The notes beneath the pieces were generated by a model. That model did not search any database. It worked only from the letters and a program-made list of their open reading frames with translations, and had not been told where the DNA came from. Source: Eledone cirrhosa (lineage: Eukaryota). Taken from it: a stretch of DNA of 64,000 nt. Positions within the stretch are counted from its first letter, which is position 1. Each line of letters opens with the position of its first letter. Position numbers and translations under genes: made by a program. Below are positions 40,204 to 54,883 of this stretch, one piece after another. The DNA lies in contig OZ024743.1 in assembly GCA_964016885.1 (NCBI GenBank), positions 284,456,001 to 284,520,000 on the forward strand. The letters run 5' to 3'.

Positions 40204-41264
40204 CATCATCATCATCATCATCATCAACGCTTAACGTCCGTGTTCCACGCTTGCATGGGTTTGGACGGGGGTATTCCCACTTGAGGCAAGAGTGATTGTC
40301 TTGCTCGCATAGGACTGTCTGGCAGGTTTTCTACAGTTGGATGCCCTTCCTAACACCAACCACATTTACAGTGTGGGTCTGGGAGGTTTGTATCGTGTTG
40401 CCTACACGGCCACATTACAGCGTGGACTGTGTGTTTTTTTTGTCGTGACATCTACACGATCTTATTTGTTTCGGCCTGGATGGCGTGGCACCAACATAAC
40501 TTTACATAGAAGGGGGTGGTGTGGATGGGGCGGGGGGGGGGGGGGGGGGTGTATTTTGTTAGAGATGCCTGCTGGCTGTAGTAGGTTTTACTATGTATCT
40601 AGGTAAGGCGGGTCTTCTCTGTTATTGAGTACCGCCAATGGTCTCGGTCCAGTGACATTGTCTTGAAGAGGTGTAAGTGTGTGAGGTCGGAGTTTATTAG
40701 CTCGTCCCAGGTTTTTCTAGGTCTGCCTATTCCGTGGCTACCGTCTATCTTTATTGCCCTGCACTTTGTTATGCAGCTATCGACTTTCATGCGCATCACG
40801 TGTCCATACCAACGTAGCCTTCTCTCGAGTAAACAACATCTGATCCCTCTTATTTCTAAATTTTTCCTTAGTTCGTTTATGCTTTGCCGTTCACGTATAT
40901 TACTGTTACACATCCAGCGGAGCATGCAAGCTTCATTCCTCTCTAGTCTGCGTATATCCTCTACACACAATGCCCAGGTCTCACTGCCATGCAACATAGC
41001 TGTTTGTATGCAGGCATCATACAACCTGCCTTTCATTTTTAGGGAGAACCCTTTAGCGGCTAATAGTGGTATAAGCTCTCTGAACTTTTTCCATCCAGTT
41101 CTGACTCTAGCTACTGTACTTTCTGAGCACCCTCCCCCACTGCTGATTTTGTCACCCAGGTAACGAAAGCTGTCCACTATTTCTATAGAGCCCTCTGCGC
41201 AGTTGTAAGAGCTAGTATTTTGTGGGCACTTGCTGCTACTTATTGCACCAGAGCACCGGCCACA
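40204..41264 (-). mobile_element. RTE LINE subfamily B, 5'-truncated
   Basis: CGRC..FRYLG..RWYGHV..TEKTRLT, 3'UTR and (ATC)n. Confidence 0.95.
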
Positions 41265-41314
41265 TGTATGTATATATATATACGTATATGTATATATATA
41301 CATATGTATATACG

Positions 41315-41346
<32 letters not shown>

Positions 41347-41356
41347 TATATATATG

Positions 41357-41416
<60 letters not shown>

Positions 41417-41562
41417 TATATATGTATATGTATGTATATATATATATATATGTATATGTATGTATGTATATATATATATGTATTTATATATATATATATG
41501 TATGTATATATATATGTATGTATATATATATATGTATATATATATATGTATATATATATATG

Positions 41563-42411
<849 letters not shown>

Positions 42412-42451
42412 GTATATATATAAAAACCACAGACCCTCCATCTCAACTCAC

Positions 42452-42487
42452 CTTTTGAAAAGCAGAAGAACTGCGAAACCGGTAAAG
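42452..42487 (+). ncRNA. Minimal hammerhead with U3-A8 core covariation
   Basis: ctt TTGAAAA gcag-aagaa-ctgc GAAAC cg GTA aag, then AATAAA; in a ~140-bp island between TA arrays. Confidence 0.65.
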
Positions 42488-42570
42488 AAACCAAATAAAT
42501 ATATATATTTAAAAAAAAAATAAGACTTCAGTTGCATTTTCGATTTCATCTCTTTTTCTTTATATATATG

Positions 42571-42617
<47 letters not shown>

Positions 42618-42762
42618 GTATATGTATACATATATATATGTAAATGTATATATATATATATATGTAAATGTATATATATATATATATGTATATACATATA
42701 TATATGTATATATATATATATATGTATACATATATATATGTATATACATACATATATATATG

Positions 42763-42897
42763 TATCATCATCATCATCATCATCAGGTTTAGCGTCCGTG
42801 TTCCACGCTTGCATGGGTTTGGACGGGGGTTTTCCCACTTGAGGCAAGAGTGGTTGTCTTGCTCGCATAGGACTATCTGGCGGGTTTTCTACAGTTG
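42763..42897 (-). mobile_element. RTE-B tail-only insertion
   Basis: Near-identical to 35341-35470. Confidence 0.85.
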
Positions 42898-42934
42898 ATA
42901 TATATATACTTATATATATATATAAATATATATA

Positions 42935-43007
<73 letters not shown>

Positions 43008-43141
43008 TAATATATATATATTATAGTCCTGTAGAAGCTCTTCTATATTAAAACATTTATACTCTGCTATGTATTGAGTACCTTACTTACTGTGGTTACC
43101 TCCGATTCAACCTGGATTAACTTATATATATATATATATAT

Positions 43142-43172
<31 letters not shown>

Positions 43173-44309
43173 TATATATACATACATATATACATAAACA
43201 CACACACATATATAAATACAAACACACACACATATATAAATACAAACACACATATACATATATGTATATGTGAGAAGTGTTGTTGGTGTGCATGAGTGTA
43301 TGTGAGTATGTGTATTTACAAGTGGATAAGAGCATATGCATATAATGTGTATATGTCAGTATGTGAATGAATGCATAAATGTGTACATATGATGATCAGG
43401 TGAACAGTGAACACTCACTAACACCTTCACATTTTTAACTGTTACACTAGCTACTTACGCCGATGCAGCCTCAGCATATGTAAGATGTATGGGTATTTGT
43501 GCATGTTTGATTATTTTATTAAATGTTACTGGAGCTGGTTAGCTAAATAAAGAAGTTGAAAATTACTCATTGAGAATGACATTCTGAGAATATAGTTTAT
43601 CCTTAAATAGTAGAACATTTATAAAAGAAAAATATTCAGTCTGGTATAAAAAGAAAGGTAAAAAGAAAAACCATCTTAAAAATGATAGCAAAATGAATAT
43701 AGACGATTACTAAACATTTAAATTCCCAGACATTATATATAAGTCTAATGGTTATATAATTACTATAATGTGAGTAAAGTAATTTAATATGACTTTTACA
43801 TACTTTTCTTATTCTACTAAAGAATATTACACATTACTGGAGTTTCCCATTAAGAAATATGCTTTAATACATTTAAAGAGTTTTCAACTAGCAATAACCA
43901 CTCCTTGGATAACCTTCATGTACCACCTCTGCACAAATACATTTAAAGATATGTAATAAATTAGCAATTAGGCTTTAATTTAGTTCTATAACAAAATTAA
44001 ATGTGTTACAGCTTAAGAAACTGAAGTAATTGAACATAAAACTGGAAGCTAGGTATATGAAATATAAATATCTTGTGGAGAATCCAGCAGCTGTTATGAT
44101 AAAAATGGTTTCATTTTCCTAGGTATAATGTTATTTTAAGTGTATGTGTATATAGAACTAATGGAATTAATACCTGTTATTTATTTTTATCAACTCTAAC
44201 AGAAATACAAAATCGACTTGGGAAGATTTTGAACTCAAAACTAATTGAAGGAGATTCTATCATACATGTTAGCTTTTCTTAAATCTCTATATAATAATAA
44301 TTTGTTCTA

Positions 44310-44465
44310 ATAATTGTTTCTACTTTTGATACAAGGCCAACAATTTGAAAGGAAAGGGAAAGTCGATTTAATCAACCCCAGTGCATTACTGATACTTTAT
44401 TTTATCAACCTCGTAAGGATGAAAGGCAAAGCTGACCACAGTAAGATTTGAACTCAAAACGTACA
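44310..44465 (-). mobile_element. Older SINE family 2 relative; further degenerate pieces to ~45140 and at 46540-46740
   Basis: aattgtttctac..caaggcc..actgatactttattttatcaacc..ggatgaaaggcaaagc. Confidence 0.7.
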
Positions 44466-45938
44466 GAACCAGAGTTTTTCATAATAATAATTTCTAATTT
44501 GGCTAAAGAGCACAATACACCATATTGGCAGAAACAATAGAGTGCAAAATAAAATGCTTTGGAATATTTGTTCTAGCTGTTGGTGCTCTAGCTGTTGGAG
44601 TTCAAATCCTGCTGAGGTCAATAAATATAATACCAATCCAGGATGATGAATTGGCATAAAAGTCAGTTTCAGATGAGATGCCTTGCAATATTTGTTCTGG
44701 CTCTTTGCATTCTCAGTTCAAATCACAGGTTGGTCTATTTGACCAGTAGATTCAATCAGTTGCTCAATTTAACACCTTGATTGCCATTAGCAAATTCTAC
44801 ACAGTTTGAGGTTATCTTTTCCATCTCTTTGGAGGTCTTGAAAAGGCTCATGGGACTGACTGGCCTTACCTCTCAGACTAAACAGTAAAAAAATCTTTTT
44901 CAAAGAAAACTGTAAGAAAGAGTGTAGACAATTAAATCAACCTAGTACATTTCCAGTAATTATATTATCAAATTCGGCATGGAGAATATCAAATAAAAAG
45001 GGATGAAGTTACACAATGAAAGCTATATAGCCTGATGTTCTACTGGTTGAATTTTCAAAAGAATCAACTGAACTGACTTTACTATATTACTGATACTTAT
45101 TTTATCAACCCAGAAAAGATGAAAGACTAAGTAGAATCAAGATGGAGTTCAGAAATATGAAGCAACAAACTAGATTCATAAAGTAGCACAGCCTCATCTC
45201 TTTGCACTAAATCTCTTAGTTTTTTTCTTTCCACCTCATTTTTTAAATACTATAGTTCACAAAATACCCAACAGCAATATATTTACAGATCTCACAAATA
45301 ACCATAGTAACTGTAATGAGAGTAGTCTTTCTTTATACATGTATAATATATATGCAAGTACAGGAGGCAGTGGGCATCAATAAAAAAAGGATACCACTTT
45401 AATTTTGAGAATGGAATATAAAAACTTAGCATACTGCCAGGATAACAACAGTGAACAATAATAAACAACTATAATATGGTATCAAAAATATCGCTTGAAT
45501 TGTATTATTGACTTTATCAACATATATTACATGTACAGTTTTAATTAGACAAACTTCAACTGAAGCAATAAACTCAGTGATTTTGCTGTCTAATGAAGAT
45601 TACTAAATGACTGAATATAAATTTCTAGCTCCTGGCACTATATGTGGTATTAAGTTACCTGACGGTTGGTATCTTCAAACAGGATTTTACATTTTATGGT
45701 GGTGGTTAAAAAGGATGAGCCAGTTAATAAAGTCAAAATTGCACTACTACTATACACTATTGGCAAACCCAATGTAGAGGGACACCTATTAGTTTATTCC
45801 TCATCTTTCAGAAGTGATTGGACCTTTGAGAAACCTTAGGGAAAGATCACCTGACAATATTTATACTAAAATTGAAACTTTTAGAAATATTCTACTTATG
45901 TATTAGTAGCACATTGATAATATATTGCAGATACCAAT

Positions 45939-46155
45939 TACCATATATACTCGAATATAACCCAAGAAATATGTAACCCCCCCCCCCCCCCCCAATAAAA
46001 ACGATGGTAAAATTGGGGAGGAGGGGTCAGCTTAAATGCCATCTAAACAATGTGTTGATTAACTGCCTCAGCTTATAAATGGGGGGTTTGAATTTTAGTC
46101 CATTTCTCAGACATAAAATAGTTGGAGGGGGTGTTGGCTTATATTCAATGAATCA
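45939..46155. mobile_element. Degraded Tc1/mariner-superfamily MITE
   Basis: TA-CCATATATACTCGAATATAACCC at left; partial inverse ggcttatattcaa at right. Confidence 0.4.
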
Positions 46156-46959
46156 TTCCTGTAGTACTAAGGCACATGTTTAGGTTCTTTAGTGCACTTC
46201 AATTAAAAGTAAAAGTATATCAAACTGAGTAATCAATTATTGTTGAATATTGTATAATAGCAGATATAATCATTTATCGAAATCTGCATAATATTTGTTA
46301 TTGAAATTAGAATCATTAACAAATTAACAGTTGGTTGGTTGAGATTATTGACACTTTTAGCTTGTCATATCTTTATATTCTAACCAAAGGAAAGAGGAAA
46401 AATAATCTTTTTAATTTACATTGCTGTTGAAAGAAAGCCTGGAGAGAATTAACAGATGTTATTGCTAGAAATATAGAAATAGCTTACAACCCCAAAAACT
46501 AGTTCTTTGGGTGATGTAGCACAAGGACTGTATATCTGCAGGGAAGGGTAATCAACACCAGTATATAGCAAGTACTTAGTTTAATTAACTAGGAGAAATG
46601 AATGGTAAAAAACCAACTCTGGTAGTATTTGTGTGCAGAAAGGCCACAATGTTTTTTTTTTTTGTTTGTTTTTTTTCCTTTCCAGTACTTTACTGACCCC
46701 TCTGAGGTAGCGTTTTGAACTCAGAATGTAAAAGAAGAGGGTGACTAAATGCCCCTAAGAATTTTTATTCATTGCTTTATTGATTCTTCCCTTGGCTAAG
46801 TTTTAGCCTATTAGTCAGGCTCTTTTGAATATTATTCTAGTGTGTGGTGTGTGTGTGTGCGTGTGTGTGTAGCAGCAACAGCACCATTAACTCCATTATA
46901 GATCTTATTTAAGCTTTGGAGAGGGTAAGTGCTGATAAATAATAAATCAAGTTAATACT

Positions 46960-47230
46960 TTCATAATCTAATGAGTAAAGAGAGGAGTATTGCTCAGCAA
47001 GAATAAGACAGCTAATGAATTGGCAAGAACCAGTGATAAATGCACATGGTAGTGCCATGTGTTGAGGAAGGATGAAAGTGACTGAGTGAGAGGAGTGATG
47101 GAAATGAATGCAAAAGGAAGTACAGGAAGATGGCTAAAGATGATAGAGGAAATGAAAGCTAGGGGATTGGTGAGTGTAGATGCAAACAATAAGGCAAAAT
47201 GGAGAAGCTTACATGGGGCCTGCAAGACCA
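46960..47230 (+). mobile_element. Old RTE 3' ORF relic
   Basis: W*CHVLRKDESD*VRGVMEM; related to 5770-6120. Confidence 0.6.
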
Positions 47231-47663
47231 ACTCTATAATTTAGAATTTCTGTAGCATTATTTATAATATTTCCTCCATAAATCCTTGCCACATATTCAG
47301 CTTGTATTTCTCATTTCACTTAACATATGTTTTTACCATTCTTATATCGATTATATAAGGAAGTTGTCATAGTTTCACCATACAACAAAAAGTGATAGAG
47401 GTAACGTAAAATTATAGGGCCCAGAGCTTGTGTAATTAGATCAAAGTGTATTTAATAGTAAAATATTACAATACTTGAAACCACATACCTGATTTTGTAG
47501 TTTATTTCACTTAGGTTATTTGATATTACTGTACTACTGAAATAATTATTTCACTAACATTTGTTTAGATGTTATACATTATGATTTTTATCTTCTCTAA
47601 TGTGTATAAAGTCATAATGAAATTTCTCAACATTCTTGTGTAAAATGACAATAAATTACATTA

Positions 47664-49029
47664 AGGGAACTCCTATATGCAGATGATCTAACGCTCATAG
47701 CTGAATCAATGGCCGAACTAGTGAAGAAATTCCAAACATGGAAGCATGGCCTAGAATCAAAAGGCCTTAAAATTAACCTGTCTAAGGCTAAAGTTCTAGT
47801 TTGTAGGAAGGAAAATAGGGCGCCGGTCCCATCCGGGAAATGGCCATGCTCAGTGTGTAGGAAAGGAGTAGGTAGAAACTCCATTTTATGTCCTAAATGC
47901 AAAGTATGGGTGCATAAAAGATGTAGTGGGATCACAAGTAAGCTAACTAAGAACATAGATTTTATATGTGGCCGATGCTCTGGTGCAATAAGTAGCAGCA
48001 AGTGCCCACAAAATACTAGCTCATTCAATTGCACAGATGGTTCTATAGAAATGGTGGACAGCTTCCATTACCTGGGTGACAAAATCAGCAGTGGGGGAGG
48101 GTGCTCTGAAAGTACAGTAGCTAGAGTCAGAGCTGGATGGAAAAAGTTCAGAGAGCTTATACCACTATTAGCCGCTAAAGGGTTCTCCCTAAAAATGAAA
48201 GGCAGGTTGTATGATGCCTGCATACGAACAGCAATATTGCATGGCAGTGAGACCTGGGCATTGTGTGCAGAGGATATACGCAGACTGGAGAGGAACGAAG
48301 CTTGCATGCTCCACTGGATGTGTAATAGTAATATACGTGAACAGCAAAGCATAAACGAACTAAGGGAAAAATTAAAAATAAGAGGGATCAGATGTTGTTT
48401 ACTCGAGAGAAGGCTACGTTGGTATGGTCACGTGATGCGCATGAAAGACGACAGCTGTATAAAAAAGTGCAGGGCAATAAAAATAGACGGTAGCCACGGA
48501 GTAGGCAGACCCAGAAAAACCTGGGACAACTTGATAAATTCCGACCTCACACACTTACACCTCTCCAAGACAATGTCACTGGACCGAGATCTTTGGCGGC
48601 ACTCAGTAATAGAGAAGACCCGCCTTACCTGAAATACAAAGTAAAACCTACTACAGTCAGTAGGCATCTCTAACAAAAACACACCCCCGTCCCACCACCC
48701 CCACCCCATCCACACCGCCCCTTTCAATGTAAAGTTATGTTGGTGCCACAACATCCAGGCCGAAACAAATGAGGTCGTGTAGGTGTCACGACAAAAAAAA
48801 CACACAGTCCACGCTGTAATGTGGCCGTGTAGGTTACACGGTAAAAACCTCCCAGTTCCACGCTGTAGATGTGGTTGGTGTTAGGAAGGGCATCCAACTG
48901 TAGAAAACCTGCCAGACAGTCCTATGCGAGCAAGACAACCACTCTTGCCTCAAGTGGGAAAACTCCCGTCCAAACCCATGCAAGCGTGGAATATGGACGT
49001 TAAACGATGATGATGATGATGATGATGAT
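47664..49029 (+). mobile_element. RTE LINE subfamily B, 5'-truncated at the YADD motif; reading frame open to the stop at 48632
   Basis: ELLYADDL..KAKVL-[C4HC3 finger]-FHYLG..RWYGHV..GRPRKTW; (GAT)n tail. Confidence 0.95.
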
Positions 49030-49813
49030 ATGTAATGTACAATGAATATCTCTACATTGAAAAAGGAAACTAAAAGTTTTTGTGAGTTCTAATATTGATA
49101 CATTTATACATCTCCTGAGAGGATATCATCTGGCCTTTTCAAATTATACTATTCTCAGATTGGATACCACCAGTTTAGAGAAGATGCAACAGCTATTGGA
49201 GATATAGGCAAGAAATGGAAATGTCAAACTGAACAGCATTTGAGAACAGAAACATGAGGTACTAAATCAGATATCAAAATGAATTTTAAGTATGTAACAC
49301 TAATATTTGTACCAAATCACCTACCCTATACTTCTATAATTTATGATATTTTCCCCATCACCAAAATATGTAATTCAATGATATTTGAATATAAGATTCT
49401 TCTAATACAAAAAAATTACATCTGTTATTTCATGAAATGGTTTAATGTGTTGAGAATAAAATTTAACTCTATAAGATATCTGTATTATTATTTTTTCCAT
49501 AACATCAACATTTTTTTGGAGTTTGAAAAGAATGACACACATTATACAACTAACTTTCCATTTATAAAAAAGTTGGTATTTATGTAAGTATATTCAGCTT
49601 ATTAAAAAGTGCTTTATAACTGAATATTTAGTTGTACATTGGCAGACATACTGCAGCCTGCATAAAATAAATTACAACTTATTCTCAACAACTATGTGAA
49701 ATTTATTTCATCATACAATACTGGATATATATCTGTCTACTTACCTAGCTACTTAATTACTTGTCTACCTACTTACTGAGCAAGTTATTCAAAAATATAA
49801 CTGAACAATGTTG

Positions 49814-50013
49814 NNNNNNNNNNNNNNNNNNNNNNNNNNNNNNNNNNNNNNNNNNNNNNNNNNNNNNNNNNNNNNNNNNNNNNNNNNNNNNNNNNNNNNN
49901 NNNNNNNNNNNNNNNNNNNNNNNNNNNNNNNNNNNNNNNNNNNNNNNNNNNNNNNNNNNNNNNNNNNNNNNNNNNNNNNNNNNNNNNNNNNNNNNNNNNN
50001 NNNNNNNNNNNNN
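49814..50013. other. Assembly gap (200 N)
   Basis: Run of N. Confidence 1.
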
Positions 50014-51849
50014 GTGAAGCAGGTTTTCAAAGGTCAATAAAACTGGATACAGGGATTTGGATATTGCAAATTACAATGCTTACATTTAAGAAACAAATTA
50101 GTATAAATGAGAAAACTATGTTTATGGAGTCAATGCAGATTTGGCATAAAGTGTCTAGGTTACTTGTGAATGGTGCTTGGGTTTGGAAGGTTAGGAAGGA
50201 ATTTAGAGTGGAGATTTTGTGTGGGAGATGGAAATATATGTCTAAGAGGATGGTTCCAGTCACCTGCATAGCTGTTTCAGTTGAGATAGCTGACCTGGTG
50301 TGCTACAGAGTTTTTTTTTTGGGGGGGGGGGGGGGGGGGCAATCGATCGGGTGCTGTGTAGTGTCTGGATGTATACTGGGTAGTCACAATAAAGTTGTAG
50401 TCAGCCTATCCAGAGGAAGACATCTCATTTTTCCTCTTCTGTATAATACTAGAGAAACCAGAGATTTTAATTTGACTTAGAGAAACAAAAGAAACTGAAG
50501 CTATTCATAGTTTATTATCCTTAATAAAATATATGATACTTTTACATTAGCACAATATCTCAAATTTATAGTGGGCTAGGTGTAGTCATTTAAATTAAGC
50601 CATGTATAATAATATTCTTTAAGTCACAAATATCAGTTGAAGGATATATCTTTCAGCCAAAATTAGATGGATCCCTATACATGACTGATTCTAATTTTAT
50701 TGATCTTCAAATGGAGGGATGGCAAAATCAACTTTAGTGAGATTTTGACCGTGAAATGTAAAGAGATATAAGCAACTTTTTCAAGCAGTTCTCTTCTAAA
50801 TCTAAGAAATAATGGAGGTTATTTCATTTCACCTTTGATCAATATGGCTTTTTGTTTTTCTCCCACTATTTTATTATATACTTGTTTATAGAAATGTAAT
50901 ATATCACTACACATGATGGTTAACTTCCAAAATACCAATATACATGTTAAATGGAAGTGGAATAGCTTAAATAATAGCATATATATTCTTGTGAGTGTAT
51001 ATTGATTGATGCAAACTATACTGTCACGATTATATAAAACAATGGGAGAGAGAGGGGGGAGAGACAGAGAGGGAGAGAGAGAGATGTGCTAAGTGTTTTG
51101 GAATATAATTTCCCCCAGATTTAAAGTAAAATGCTGAAAATGTAAATCTTCTATTAAAAAAAAAAGCATACAACATAGATAACATTCAGCAAAAGGAAAT
51201 TTTGATTAACTGTGTCAATTTGATATTTTTTTAAATTAGACTATTTGATGTAGTTACACACATATGTACAGAGACAGGTTTGAAATTTGAGATAATGTGC
51301 ATGCACTCATGACAATACCATATGTCTCATAAGTAAGGCAGTATTGAACATTCTATTAAACGTGTATTAATATCACATTGCTTCTATTATCTCTATAACT
51401 GCTACTACTAATATCACCCACACCAGTAGTAATGAAGACAACAATAGTATTTTATATCAATATCTTTCGTACATCAACTTCCTGAAACCCATAGACATAC
51501 ACAAATATTTAAGATTTATTTGTAGTTGGAGACGGTTGTAGGGTTTCTCTCTTCATGCAGATTGCACAAAGTTTGCATAAAAATTGCAATGCCACATAGT
51601 ACTGAGCCAAATGTGGAAAATGTGCAAGTTACATGGAAGATTGAAGTGACACTTGGACAGTTGTAATAAACAAGAGGAGAATGGAGCCAATGATGGAATG
51701 AAACATTGCTGCTGTATTTGCAGTCAGCACTTCAAATTCCTTTCAGCGCTCAAAACTCATTTAAGATCTCACTTTAAGAAAGAGCAATTATAAGTACAAG
51801 AAGAGGTCAAGCTCTTCAAAGAGTAGACAGCCACCCCATATATATATAT

Positions 51850-52580
51850 TGTGTGCAGAGGATATACGCAGACTGGAGAGGAACGAAGCTTGCATGAATG
51901 GCAAAGCATAAACGAACTAAGGGAAAAATTAGAAATAAGAGGGATCAGATGTTGTTTACTCGAGAGAAGGCTACGTTGGTATGGTCACGTGATGCGCATG
52001 AAAGACGACAGCTGTATAAAAAAGTGCAGGGCAATAAAAATAGACGGTAGCCACGGAGTAGGCAGACCCAGAAAAACCTGGGACAACTTGATAAATTCCG
52101 ACCTCACACACTTACACCTCTCCAAGACAATGTCACTGGACCGAGATCTTTGGCGCTACACAGTAATATAGAAGACCCGCCTTATCTAAGTACAAAGTGA
52201 AACCTATTACAGTCAGTAGGCACCTCTAACAAAAATACTCCCCCGTCCCACTACCCCCACCCCATCCACACCACCCCTTTCAATGTAAAGTTATGTTGGT
52301 ACCACAACATCCAGTCCGAAACAAATGAGGTCGTGTAGGTTTCACGACAAAAAAACACACAGTCCACGCTGTAATGTGGCCGTGTAGGTAACACAGTAAA
52401 AACCCCTCAGTCCATACTGTAAATGTGGTTGGTGTTAGGAAGGGCATCCAGCCGTAGAAAACCCGCCAGACAGTCCTATGCGAGCAAGACAACCACTCTT
52501 GCCTCAAGTGGGAAAACTCCCGTCCAAACCCATGCAAGCGTGGAAGATGGACGTTAAACGATGATGATGATGATGATGAT
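51850..52580 (+). mobile_element. RTE LINE subfamily B 3' fragment with a small internal deletion
   Basis: [28 protein letters not shown]..; 3'UTR; (GAT)n. Confidence 0.95.
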
Positions 52581-52629
52581 ATATATATATATATATAGAT
52601 GATGATGATGATATATATATATATATATA

Positions 52630-52964
52630 TCATCATCATCATTTTACGTCCGCTTTTCCCTGCTTGCAAGGGTGGGACGGGAACTGATTCTGGCTTGATT
52701 TCTACAGCTGGATGCCCTTCCTAACACCAACCTCATTTACAGTGAGTGCTGGGTGCTTTTTTGTCGTGGCACCTCCACGACCACTTTACAGTGGAATGAT
52801 AGGGACCCCAGTCCCTATCATCTCATTTCTACAGCTGAGTAAACTGGAGCAATGTGAAATAAAGTGTCTTGCTCAAGGAAACAACACATCACCTGGTGTG
52901 AGAATTGAACTCACAACCTTTCGATTGAAAGGCCAATGCTCTAACCACTAAGCCATGTGCCTCC
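52630..52964 (-). mobile_element. SINE family 1 (tail B)
   Basis: Reverse complement of the family 1 unit. Confidence 0.9.
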
Positions 52965-53000
52965 ATATATATATATATATATATATATAGCGAGAGAGAG

Positions 53001-53037
<37 letters not shown>

Positions 53038-53476
53038 AGTTGTCAAGAAAGTGACTTGAACTGAGGCAATGTGTTGAATCTATAGCAATTTCTTTGAGGA
53101 AGAGTGATTAACACATTATACAAAATCTGTTAAATTCACTTTATATTTATTATATATTTTTTGTGGGTCAAAACAATTTACTAAATTCTTTTAATACTTT
53201 CATTATCGTATAATTCTGTTCAATAATGCTTTCATTTACTGAATACTTTCAATTTGTGTTTGTAGTAGGCTAAATGTAAACTCAGAACTTTTTTCATCAT
53301 GCCTTCCAATTTCATGCTGATAATGAATAATGTCAATAGGTATGCAATATGATTTCTAGAAATATGAATTTCAAGGAAAAAAAAAAATGTTTTTCCATAA
53401 AATTACATCAACATAATTGTAATCTAAACTTCTGAAATTTCAATTTAAAAACTATGCATTATTAATAAAGCTATGA

Positions 53477-53666
53477 GGTGGATTGGCAGTATCGGTAGAG
53501 GGTCGGACGCCATGCTTTGACGCATAGAGTTACGGCCCTTGCCATTCTGAGTTCAAATCCCGCCGAGGTTAACTTTGCCTTTCTTCCTTACGGGGTCGAT
53601 AAAATAAAGTACCAGTAATACACTGGGATAATTGCTGGCCTTGTGCCAAAAGTAGAAACAATTATT
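53477..53666 (+). mobile_element. SINE family 2 with 19-bp target-site duplication
   Basis: attattaataaagctatga at 53458-53476 and 53661-53679. Confidence 0.92.
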
Positions 53667-54147
53667 AATAAAGCTATGATGAAACAAATTTGAATTGGGG
53701 AAGAGAAAGCATAAACTGAAGTTATGCTGGTAAGGAAAGGTCACTTGGCGCAGCTCATGCAACTTATTTCCCTTTGCCGACACCCTTCTGCCACTAATGT
53801 GCATCAAGCAAGACAAACTGGGAATAAACAACAATAAATTGAAAGCAAATTTATTTTTCTCTCCGTTTATTTATTATTGCAATTTATAACCTTATTGCAC
53901 TATTATTACTTTGTTTTATTATATGCATTTATTTTTTATTAATAATTTGTGTTCTATTAATTTTTAGAAGGATTCTTTGCATGTAGTAGTTTGGTATTGA
54001 TTGGTGGTATAGAACAAGTCATTCCTTAATAGATATAGTTTAATTGATGTGGTAATAAATATTTGTGGCAGCAAATGAGGTTCTGGAATGAAGTAGATTC
54101 ATTAAAAAAGACTATCTACTGTGTGTGTGTGTGTGTGTAGATATATA

Positions 54148-54815
54148 TGTAGAGAGAAAACACGCGCGTTATATAGTTCCTTTTGTAGACAATGTGTTCT
54201 TAACTCTGGTGGTTTTCTATCCCCTATGATTAAACACATACCTCTTTGTGTACTTCTCTCTCTATACTGATTTATAAAGAGCCCAGAATCTATTCCTTGA
54301 GCTCATTAAATTATAGATCAACATGAGTTTTTAGCTGTTTTTTTTAATTTGATATATTGGCTCCTAATTCATTTCTATATGTAAGTAGAGCTTCTTGAGT
54401 TGAATGGTTCTGTGCTGCTGTTTTTTAGTCTATTCTCACCACCATGGACTATACAACACGTGTTTTCTCTCTACACCATGTGCATAGTTTAGTTATCTGA
54501 TATATTTTAGAAGTGTGGACCATATTGAGTTCACCTGTTGACAAGCCCTCTACAATATGGAATCTACACCTTTTGTGGCAAAACATACTCTGATTAGAGC
54601 ATGTCCAGGTGTAATAGTTATTATTGGATGGTTAGTACATTTTGATTTATTCTTTTAATTGATCTGTATTCTCCTTTCCTTTCATAGACAATATGCTCTT
54701 CACTCTAGTGGTTTTCTATCCCCTATGATTAAACATACTTTTTTTTGTACTTATCTCTATATACTGATTTATAAAGAGCCCGGAATCAATTCCTTGAGCT
54801 CATTAAATTATAGGA
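54148..54815. mobile_element. Partial-tandem plus inverted-end repeat, pLTR-like arrangement
   Basis: Inverted repeat 54148-54178 / 54447-54475; ~135-bp direct repeat 54185-54317 / 54685-54813; ATATTGAGTTCACC tail motif at ~54522. Confidence 0.55.
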
Positions 54816-54883
54816 AATTAATGTGTCTTTAACTTTGTTTTTTAATATATATATATATATATGTGTGTGTGTGTCCCCGAAGG

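Noticed and set aside
50274-50300. GAAAC-AGCT half hammerhead on the minus strand
   Set aside because: Followed by AUG rather than GUH, and no 5' core half found
49761-50480. 239-aa ORF
   Set aside because: Spans the N gap; the remainder has no recognisable motif
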